Below, piece after piece: positions 53,101 through 64,000 of a stretch of 64,000 bases of DNA (within the stretch, counting starts at the first letter, position 1; every line of letters begins with the position of its first letter). The notes beneath the pieces were generated by a model. That model was not told where the DNA came from and did not search any database. It saw only the letters and a program-made list of their open reading frames with translations. A program made the position numbers and the translations under genes. Source of the stretch: Raillietiella orientalis (lineage: Eukaryota); the NCBI GenBank assembly GCA_036172245.1, contig JAYWIR010000010.1, positions 4,588,001 through 4,652,000 on the forward strand. Direction: 5' to 3'.

Positions 53101-54799
53101 GCTACTGACCTCTTGTTAACAGAAGAGCTCCACCAATTATTTTGAACTCACCGATCTCCTGTGACAACTATAAGGACGGTAAATCACAAGAGCTTTCAAT
53201 GAATCTAAATAAGTCAAATGCAGTTCAGGTCATTGGAAACACTTAGCCTCATTAAAAACACGAGTAACGAACACGCAGCCCCCACTGGGGCCTCGGCTAA
53301 AAGACAAATATTACCTACCAAGATTAAAACATTCATAAATATTTCTTGTACTATGCCGATTGGGAGACACGATTCCGGGAGACCGTCAAACTGGCCTTAC
53401 AGTGTTTTAGAATAGTCTTTGTGACCTTTGGTTTCCTTGTGTCGAACCGTTGCACCTCACACGGCTTTTCTAACTTGGTTAACTGATTCTCCTCTAGTGT
53501 CTTTGATTTTTCTCTGGTCCTCTGTAGCGATATTTGTGCGGTATGCTCTGATCGTGATCTATTTGGATGATTATCAGGGAAAAAAAATTCATTCCTTTTC
53601 ATTCCGCTTTGAAGCATCAAGTCGATCTTCTGATGGCACCAAACATCATTGCAATCATTACTGATTTGACCTGGAACATACTGACTTATATGCCTGTCAG
53701 GGAATTATGGTATGCAGGTGACCACTTTGCAGATTCTTTTGAAAAGAATCTGAGTCTGTAACTTAATCTTAGTCAGCACTGATGCATGATGAAAGTATTA
53801 TTATAAGTGTTATTATACTGTATATCATAAGGGAATCATAGAATGTTGTTAGAAAGAAGAGATCAACAGTATAATGATTAACTTGAGCTAGAGAAGTTTT
53901 CCAGATGAGCTGACGATGGAAATAATCATTTTCGTTGAGAGAACTGGACAGGAAGTGTCCCAGTCTCCCCGAAAATTCTCAAAACTCCTACACAATCATT
54001 TTTTTTTTTAAATTATTTTGAACCTTTTCTAGGATTTCGTTTCGAGAACGAGAAACAGAAGCATACAACGATACTTTGCAATGTTAACTCGCTCGTGGTC
54101 ACAATAACTCCCAACTATAACTGAAGATTTCGACCTATGGTGAGATTTTTTTGTAGAAATAGTTTTTATCCTTGAAACGTCTGTTTTGCATAAGGTTTCG
54201 CCCTTCAGAAATCTCGATTCAAATCACCTTTTGGGGCTCTCCCGGGTTGACTTTCACGAGCTTTCATAAGCTTAATAGAATCCTTGACTGCTTAGGAAAC
54301 AGGCAAAAGCGAGTAACTGTTGCTGGATGCTTTAGAGGAAATGATCCGGGAAGACAATTCCAGAGATTTCGAAATGGATACTTATACTTTTCCAAAGAAG
54401 CTCCAAAGAGGCCATCTCACTTCCTGTTTCATACTTCCTTTTATTTTTCCTTAGATTTTTCGTTCCTACCTAGGGTTGAATGCTATTCATTCACTTCTCA
54501 ATTATTCGAAACAATCGAAAAAAGAATGTGTTGGAAGTGGCAGAGTCAGAGATGACACTCTCTAAGAAAACACTCACGCATTCAAGCACAGAGCATTCAA
54601 GGAAAATCCCGGTGTCTTTATCTGCCACTTTGGCATCAAAATTAAACTAACATTTAATGGATCGCCCTTGGTGTGTCCAGCTGGTGGCTGTTGCATGCAT
54701 GGGATTTCTAATCGGGTGTGCACATAATTCACAGACAGCCAAATCATGAGAACGAAGCACCCACCACGAAAGTCTTTGGAAGTTTTTCCTTCAAGAGTT

Positions 54800-55450
54800 T
54801 TTCTGAAGTGGTTGACACCAGAAATGAAGTAAGAAGTGCATCCACCTGTATTCCATGCTTCCTTGGTACCGGTAATGAATGGATCTCGAGTACCATCCGT
54901 TTCGCATGTTCCCAACCCTAAGTGCAGAGATACGGACTGGGGTCTGCTGATGCAACTCGTCTGAACAAATTGCAAAACCAAGCAACCCATGAGGAGCTGC
55001 TGGTCTTTGTCTTTGAGGACGCTGCTAGTGCAGCAGAGAAACTATGGCGAGTGCAGCCTTAGGAATGCCTTGGGAATCACAGAAAGCCATCAATTCAGGG
55101 TAAACGGTGGAGTTTGCTACTCAGATTTATAAGGCAGCAGCACGGCGACCTTCAACTGCAACTACTTACTCTGTTCTGGAACTAAGACAAGAGATTCCTT
55201 CTGAAGCTTCATTTCCTGCTGCATACTCAACAGACTCGTCATTGAATCAGGTTGCCCTAATGGGCATGAAGAAATGCACTTTGCGGTCGTTACCCATCCA
55301 TCGGACATGAAGAGATGCAACATGTTAGGCGATAAATGACACAGAGACTAGCCATAAAGACTCATCTATCGAAGAATGCACCCGTTGGTTTGGAGCTGGA
55401 AAAAGGATGCCTAGGAAGCTGCCAGGATCGCATAGATGATTGAAGTATGC
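54800..55450 (+). pseudogene. Possible decayed RTE-like LINE C-terminal part
   Basis: QIYKAAARRP (cf. YxAxVRP) and GKRMPRKLP (cf. KRxxGRP); weak. Confidence 0.25.
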
Positions 55451-57747
55451 ATCCCTCTTATAAGATTGGACAGTATGTTTTAAAAGCTTTGATTTCCATT
55501 TGGACCATTATTCCACATCCTTGAGCGTCATAGCAATTCATGCTGCCATCTGACAGAAGAATGGCAGGATAAAAGGATGAGGTGGTAATGCCAACAAGGA
55601 CTCCCACCTAAAAGCAAAGAGTTCAAACTGTCTACATAAACGTTGGGTAGAACAATTTGTTGTTCATTATTCGTGTTTTCTTATTTGTTCGTCACTTACT
55701 CGAAATGAATCGGCTGGAGCTTGATTTCAAATGAAAGGTGCCTCTTTCCCTTGCTAGAACATAATTGGATTATCGCACGCGTAGAACAAAATTTTCAGTC
55801 TTGAAAGACACCATATGAATGATTCGGTTGAGATAAAAGTCATGCTAAGATTTTATACCTAAAACTGGATAGCATGTATTTCTTGTGCTTTCTTTTGGGT
55901 TTTTTTTTTTTGGTTATGTGCAAACTTTTGCCCAAAGTTACGTCAGTATAAGTAGTTTGTCACGAAGCTGTTTGGAAAATGCGTAAGCTTTCGTAATGGT
56001 GGTAAATTCTTGGAAGTGAGTGGTTTGTTAAAATAAACTTCTGAACCCGAATCGGTTTCCAAAACATATCCTGTTAAGAACCTGAAGTAGAAGGAAGAAC
56101 TCAATTTCGCCTAAAAATGGTAACGAACATTCGGGGTACTTCTATTTTCTAGAAAAGTGATCCGTCCTCTATAAAAAAATGCCGCTTGCTTTCCTACATC
56201 AAATGGAAGATATCGTTTCCTCTCTAAAGGAGCATCGTAACGGTAGACTACTAGATGAAAACAACCAAGTTATTGAACTTGGTTGTTTTCATCTAGTAAT
56301 TCCAACTACAAGTCATATACTGTTCCTTAATGTTGTTTCTTCCCTAATTTGGAGTTTTCCAAAGCCGCTTGTCCATCTGTAGCTGCACCTCCCAATATAG
56401 TTTGTTATAAACTTCACTCATCCGCTTATCCCGCACCAGATTGTAAAGAATAAATGCTCCATTTAGCACCAGTTTGCACATTCCTGCTTATCTCCTTCGA
56501 ATTGGCTAGAAAGTATTTCCAATGCCACAAAATCAGCAAAAAGCTGAAAGGTTATTCACTGCTTAACGAAGATGCAAATTTGTTTTGAAGATTGTAATGC
56601 TTCTTCAGGAGAGCTGTAATCTTTGAAGCAAGTATCTTCGCGTCTTTTTAATTGCTGTTCCGAAGCCCCACAACCAGAGACAAAACAAAATATAAAGACC
56701 AAAAAACAGCAATGACAGGATTCCTTTTCTTTTTAAATTTTTACATGAATCTAATTGGTTCAGAATAATCAAAATATTGTAATAAAACAGTGACACAATA
56801 TTATAATAAAATTGGGACTTTTTGGCTGCCTGAGACCACAGCAGTCTTTCAAAACTCCGGCAGCTAAAGATTTTTGTATCCTTTAGGTGATTATGGTAGT
56901 GAAGCCAACCACTTTGGGAAGGCATTCCATGTATTTTGTCTGCATTTATCAATTCACTGTATTTATAGCATCTGATAATTGAGCCTTTTACATGGGTCAT
57001 ACTAGGGTTAATTGGATTTTTGTAAATTGCATTCTACTGCAGCTTTCACTTCTACCTAAACATGTGAGAACTTTTAAGGATTGCACTCACCATCACCAAT
57101 TCAGATTTTTCCGAGAACATTTTAGCCAAAGGTCATGAACAAAAGATGTCGAAAACAGAGAAAGCTGAAAGATTTGAAAACAAGAAAACGAACTTTGATT
57201 GAACTCTAATGCTGAGATCAGTTGAGGAACAATGAGGAACATAAAACCAACAGGATGGAAGATAACTGAAGATTCTTCTGGATGCAGTAGTAAGGGGCAA
57301 CTCCTTTGGTGCATTTTTAATAAATCAGTTTTCAAATTGGGATTCAATAAGCTGATATTCCTTCAAATTACAATGAGCCAACGATACTTCCGATTTCATT
57401 ATAAGACAGAAGCATTGAAACAGGACAGCCAAACAGCATAAGCCAAAGTTTACATAAGATACTTGTTTCTTCTTTTTCATTTTATCTACTCTCAATTCAC
57501 CAGGACAAATTTCAGTTTAAAAAAATCGAAGCAATATTTCAACAGCAATGGACTGGAAATACAGTTCAAAGAGTTACAAGATTATAAAAATCACCCATGC
57601 AGCAACTATAACAAAGATGAAGCTCATAGCTGTTGTGACCCCACTGCTAAATGCATCCTTTCTGAAGAAGAAATCAAAATACTAGGCATGTATTCAATAA
57701 TATTCAATCACTCAATTTATTACACAAATGATTGGAAATACGAAGAC

Positions 57748-60357
57748 TCATTTCTTTTTCTTCAATTTCTTGAAATCGCCTTCTTGCACTGCCAATGAAG
57801 CATACAACTTTTTCACTTTCTCCTTTCGCTCAAAGTCCCTAAGTTAATACAAGATTGGTATTTTCCAACCAAAAGCAACCTACCTTTCCAGATTATCTTT
57901 TAATTGCACTCCCCTTAGGAAAGCAGCATCTCTTCTGATTTCTCGAACAGCTCCCTTGCGTTCTTTCTTATATTTATGCAGCAGCTGCAACTTCTTGGCA
58001 TGGGATAGATTTGCATTCCTTTTTGTAGTTCTAATGAGCAGTAAGAACAAAAGTAAAGGTTTTTAAAGTTAGCTTACGAATAATTTACATTTGGAGTGAA
58101 CAGACGTAATAACTTGGGCTTGGTTAATGCTTGGTTAACCACAAGTTTTTCAGGAACTTTGTCTAATAACTGAACAATGCTGTTAATTTTCTTTTTTATA
58201 CTTTCATCTCTTATCTCTTTGGCGATAATTTGAACATAATGACTGACAGCAGAGAATTCTTCCTTATACACTAGTGAATGCAGGTGACTCTGCGCATAAT
58301 CAGCTAATGTGTTCAAAGCACTACAGAAAAACACTCTTGATAAATTGGTGCCAGTGCCACTGGAAAGAATGAGAATTCTCAAGCTTTGGGATAAATCAGC
58401 ATCCAGCAAAACGTTTTCTTCTGATTCAGTACAGTGAAGATGTGACATGTTGAAAGGAGCAACATTTTCGGCATAGGCTACCATCACATTATGAAGAAAG
58501 TCTAATAATTCAGGTATGACTAGTGTCTTATCTCTGCTTATTTGGCATAACAAATTTGCTGCAAAAAGCTGATGACATGCTTGTTTCATGCTCACATTTT
58601 TTCTTGCCACCAGCTGGCACAAAAAAATGACACAACTACTTACGAGGGCTTTAGCAAATGGGTACAGTTGAACTATAGAATAGATAAACAAAAGCTAAGA
58701 AAACTTAAACAAGCATCAGAACAATTACCACTTACCATCTGGGGTGTTGTGTGACAATCCTGTTCTATGTATTGGTCATGATGCCACCTCAACCACTTTG
58801 TTACAAGATTAATTCCTTCACTGGATAAGATAAACAAAAGCTGATGTGCTATTTTTAAAAGAACATCACACAGTTCCATATTCTTTGTACTAATTGCATT
58901 CTGTGAACTAGTAATAAGGAGTGCACAGTGATGCCAGTAGCACAAGATGTAGCTTAGTAAATGATGCAGCTTATTTTTATTTTGTGAATCCAGTGATGGA
59001 TGATGGCATTTGATGGTCTGCTCCAAAAGAAGAAATTGTTCCCTAGAACTGTATGGAGCTAGCTTTTCAACAAGGAGTCTGTAATTCTCAGGAACTGGCT
59101 TAAATACAGAACATTATTGACATTATATGCTTACTCAAATGAATAAATGGAAGTTCTCCTCTGTTCTTGCTCTGTTGCATTTTTACATTAAGAGCACCTT
59201 TCTTCATACTATTGCTTGTTTCATTACAAGGATCCACAAATACATAATTATTTAGAGTCTTTTTAATGTTTTGTTGATTTTCCATTGTGTGCAAGGATGT
59301 GTTTGTAATAAAGATCTAAAATTCATCTCTTTGAAGTACATCTCAATTCACAAAAGATCAATCTCTAATTACAACACAAGAATCATCTTTACCTTGTTGC
59401 TTTGGTCTTGCTGGGCACCTGATTTACACTGCATCTGAATTTATGTACTTCCTCAAAAGCGTAAACCATCTTTACTTACTTGTTTTTGATGCCTGTCAAG
59501 CTTCAGTTTCATGTACAGTTCATCATACTGGTCATGAACTGATTGCTCAGTTTTAGAAATGCTGGATGTACTGAGCAAATCCTTTACTTCTTTCCATTTT
59601 TTATCTAATGTTGTATTCAAAGACAACAAAATATCTTTAGTTCTTTGTTTTTCCATTTTATCCTCTTTTGATTTGGCAATAACATAATCAATCCATTCTT
59701 TGCGACTAATATTTTTCCTTGCTCCAATACCATCCTCTTCTGACTGAAATCCTCCAAAGCGTGCACTTTGCATAAAAGCATCTAAACAAAGATGTCATCC
59801 ATTAAAGTTTTCTTGACTCTTACCATCTAAATTGTCTTCATCATCATCACTAGCACTTTCATCCCAAGACTTTGTTTCCAATAATGAAGTACCTTTATGT
59901 GTCAAGCTCTCTTCTATGCCATCTTCCAGATTAAATATATTCTACAAAAACATTGCACCCAACTGCATTTCTGCTTACCTTTTTAAACTGATTCTTTTTA
60001 TGTGCAGTGTACCTCAGAATTTGTTTTTCTTCCTCCGTCAAACACTGACTTCTTTGGCCAATTCTTCTATCAACCAAAACATTATTTTTATGCACTCTTT
60101 TTAATTCCTGAAGCAATGTGGCTTCACGCTGATGAAGAAAATTTCCACAGAATAGCAACTATTATTATTTTGCATGTTACCTTTTTTATAGCCTTTCCTC
60201 GCGATATTCCGGGTTTACCCTTACTACTTCTATTTCTTTTATTGATTACATCATACTTTTTCCGAGTTTGATGTAATTCAAATGGATTTATCCTCTTCTG
60301 AGAAGAATTCAAATCCACACTTCTTAACTTTTTTTTGCTTTTTTGGTATTTACACAT
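57748..60357 (-). CDS. NOP14: Nucleolar protein 14 (SSU processome / 40S biogenesis), ~725 aa, 10 exons
   Basis: Exons 60357-60181, 60128-59979, 59941-59824, 59781-59480, 59428-59393, 59315-59135, 59094-58736, 58694-58078, 58030-57884 and 57838-57748. All introns are GT-AG and the join gives 2178 nt in frame. Nop14 motifs: NPFE...GKPGISR, DRRIG, EESLTHKG, VIAKSKEDK, ELPF, IKCHHPSL, IPELLDFL, YKKERKGAVREIRRDAAFL, SLAVQEGDFK. The exon 5 and exon 6 acceptors are the least certain. Confidence 0.96.
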
Positions 60358-61949
60358 TTATGGCTTATGCTTCATTCGATATGAATCCATATTCAATTCA
60401 ATTCAATTTTTACACATAACAGTTATTTAACCTAATTTTTGCACTTATTCGAACTACTTAAAACTACACCTTTTTTAATTACATATGTGAAATGCAAAAA
60501 ATTACGTTTTTAACCAGATACGAAAGCTGGCTGTAGCAATGTTGTCTATTTCATAAAAAACTGAAACCAATGCATGAAAATAACCAAGTCCTTGAACTTC
60601 ACAAATGAAGGAAAAGAAATCGATACAGCTAATGAGGCGAGTTAACCACGTTTATATATTTATGTAATAAATACACTCATTGTATGTGCATATATCATGT
60701 ATATCCATTGGCATGCACAGTGTGTGATTATGTCAGTTAAACATTCAACCACCTTTGCACCATGCAACCACATCTTCGTTGGAAACCCTCGTGTTCCCTT
60801 ACATTCGCATTCGCATAAAACTGCTTTCTGCACGGTTACCATAACGATGACACCTGATCGTGTTCTTCACATTCCCTTTACCGTTCTCTCCAAAGTTCCC
60901 CTATCAAATAACAAATATGCTCTCGTCAAAATAGCATTCAGTTATCCTATGTTCGAAGTGTAGCAATTAGATACGTAAGCGTACGTGAAAATGGAAGGAC
61001 AACTATCGGAAAAAGGAGTAAAATCATCTTTGAATACAATGGTTTAAAAGTTATTGACAATGATGCAGAAAACGCTCGACTTTTCTTGCTAATCTAATTT
61101 TTCATCCTAAATTTTGTAGCAGGACTCCCTAAACCAGAATTTGTGATCAAAACTTATGGCAACATATGTATGAAACATATGGGATCCTTCTCGGTATCAG
61201 ACAATTATAAACAAATACAAAACACGCTACTTATTTTTTTACATGTATTTGCATAACCAATACTGGAATTTGATTATCTCGATACTGTTGATACCGTTGG
61301 TGTTCAGGGGCATTGCATTCTTCGACATTAGTTATTCCCCCCAATAACTTTTGTCAGTGTTCGAGTTCTTTGAGATTGTGATATGAAGAAAAGACATATG
61401 TCAGTTGAATTTAACAAATACAGCAAACCCTTGTAAAAAGCGAAAACTGGGAATGCATGCATGAGCAACCAGTTTTGGATAAAAAATCAGCCCTTTACAA
61501 TGAAAGGAATTTTAATGGAAATCTTCATACAGCATAGAAACAATAAAAATGTAACTTTACATTGTATCAGACATATGTTCTAAAATTGGAAGAGCCATTT
61601 CTTTTGTATTTGTCTAAGTACAAAATATTTTGTACTTTAACAAATACAAAAGAAGTCAACTAGTATCCATTTCAACAAGAACACTAGTAAGAATGAGCAG
61701 CAGGAATACTTACTCCATAATAATATTGCAATCTTATTACTTTCCGGTATAAATGGCCTTCGTAAATAATCCTCACATTATAAAAAACGAAATTCGTAAA
61801 TAAAAACAGTCCGTTTTCGCTTTATTCTTAAGCTGTGCAAGAATAATGTGTAACTCTTCATTCCAAAGAATCTATTAATACAAAGGACTGACTCCTTTTT
61901 TATCAACTTTACTGCACAAAGAGTGGAAATATTTAGGAGAACTAAATGA

Positions 61950-62726
61950 CGAAGCAAAGAAGGACGATGGAAATCCTTCTTTGCTTTCAGCTTTTAGGGG
62001 TTGGGGGGTCGCTGAGTACTTCAAGAACCAGCGTCCCATGCAGCTCCTTGAGACTGTTCCCCACCCCACCCGAGGGTACATGTGTTAATTCTTCAAGATA
62101 CCGGGAGGGGACCCTCAACCGAGAGGTTTTCCCTTTTCGAAACCCTCAATCGTCGGAGGCAACCTCCTTGCGCAAAGGAGGTTGTCTCCGACAAGAACCC
62201 GGAAGAGAATCCTCCCCTTCTTTATTCTCTCCGGAGGGACTCCCGAAGGGATCCGCTCCATGTTTTTTTCTTCTCCGAAGGGAACCCGAAAGGGAACCGC
62301 TCCTGTTTACTCCTCTGAAGGGAACCACGAAGGGACGCTTCCGAAATTCAGAAGGGCTCTTCCTCGAAGAAAGCGACACGCTTCTCTGGAACTCTAGAGA
62401 TGGTGACACACCTACTCTACGGAGGGTCCCTCCCAAAGGGGAGTCCGCTCCTATGCACAACCGGAGGGGAACTCCCACTCCTTGATTCCTAAAAGGGACC
62501 CGGAGGTCGACCGCCGTTGCGGGACCTCGTCGGGGGCATACAGTTTCACCCGCTACTGGACGTCGCCTCCGAAATCGGGTCGAACAGCGTTATCTCGCGA
62601 GTCTCCGACTCGAACCCCCGACGCGCACAAACTCTTTGCGTCGATTCCTGCCGAGCATCCGAACTCGCAATTCCAGGTGCCACACGCGGAGGCCGTAATA
62701 ACCACATGGCCTCCGACGAGGGCCAT
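61950..62726 (-). mobile_element. tRNA-headed SINE-like element (copy C) inserted in AT-rich DNA
   Basis: Sharp GC-richer island. The first 50 nt of its reverse complement match 3735-3784 at 35/50 ungapped positions. B-box-like GAGTTCGGATGC and GGTTCGAGTC are present and the body is colinear with copy B. Confidence 0.75.
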
Positions 62727-64000
62727 GGATATTTCTAGCTTTTGATGTTTTACTGAATTGCTTCTCCTCAGTCTGCATCGGAAGTCTTGTTAAACCTGTG
62801 GACCACCCATAGAGAATTTGGGTATTATCCAATCCTACCACTAGTTGTTTTTCACAAAGAAACACGAGTGCATTTTGACTTTAAAATATTGTAACTTTTG
62901 TGCTTTGTAACCTTTATCCTTCTTTACCAGTATGACTTTCCAAATACCACTCGTGGTACTAAAGAAAATACTTTCTTAATTATTTCCACACGTTTGAAGC
63001 TTTCTTTTGTCGGACTCAGTCCAAAGGGTGAATTTACTCGGTTTTCTTAGGCATCGATGTTTAATTATCGTCTTTCACTGTGCTATCTGTTTTAAGGAAA
63101 GTTTCCTTTAGGGAAACTCTTTGTTGCTGTTGTAACAAAAAGATGTTTATTTCGAGTGCACTTTAGCAAATAGTTTTTAAGTACGCATTATAGACATTTT
63201 TATTATAAATTTATTCAGTTCGATGCTTCTTTATTATTGCTGTCGATTTAAATTTGGATTACAATTAATCTAAATAAATGTACAAGGTACGTATAACCAC
63301 TAAACCAGTCTTATTTCCAAATAAGGAAATAAAGGACTGTTAAATGTAGTATAGAACCAGTGTGAAATAGATGAGAGAATAGTTATTTTCTTAAAACTTA
63401 TTAAAACTTAAACTCTCACAATGAAATCGACTCCAACGAAACACGAATTGTATACATAATTTTTTTTAAACTAAAGGCATCTTTCTGTATTAACATTTTA
63501 TAGTGATTACCGATACAAAAAGTAATGGTGATAATGCGGTTGCATTTAAAATAAATTTCAGGGTCACAGGTTCAGAGGTGATCATTTAAATAAATGACTG
63601 TATGTATAAAAGCTTCTAAAGAAATGAGAATATTCCATTTTAAAAATAGATTTCCTCAAAGTGACAATCATTCACCAGCGATTGCAAAGTAATCAATAAC
63701 TGTAAGGCAATTCTCGCACACAGTTTCTATACTTATTGAATCAGTAAATCATATCACACATCACTATTTCGATTTTTGTCTTGGCTACATATTTTCGGAT
63801 ACATTACACAACTGACAATTTCTTACCCTTTCTTTAACGGCTAAACTGTCATCACTGATAAATTTTAATCAAACCGAAACACACCGTCCAAGTGAATTTC
63901 GATAAACTGATTAATACTTAATGTAGCTGAAGCACTGTTAGACAGACACGAAGCACGACACACAAAACCATAACACAAAACGAATGAGATCAATGGACAT

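Noticed and set aside
60660..61900. Gene upstream of NOP14
   Set aside because: Short frames with no recognisable homology and no consistent splice model.

Overview
Eukaryotic genomic DNA; the many short ORFs in the six-frame track are almost all spurious. About the first 55 kb is a GC/CpG-rich, homopolymer-studded graveyard of decayed mobile elements. It holds several L1/Tx1-like non-LTR retrotransposon fragments (APE endonuclease, RT and zf-RVT motifs), copies of a ~750-bp tRNA-headed SINE-like family, and four same-strand decayed tyrosine-recombinase (YR) ORFs between 8 and 19 kb. Three of the YR ORFs are followed by a homologous ~100-bp cassette, which is tandemly amplified at one site, and none has a recognisable RT next to it, so they may be a Crypton-like YR-only element family. 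The last ~8 kb is AT-rich and holds the only confidently intact gene, NOP14 (minus strand, 10 exons, introns mostly 37-52 nt), plus another SINE copy. All motif calls were made by eye without searches, and element boundaries are approximate.
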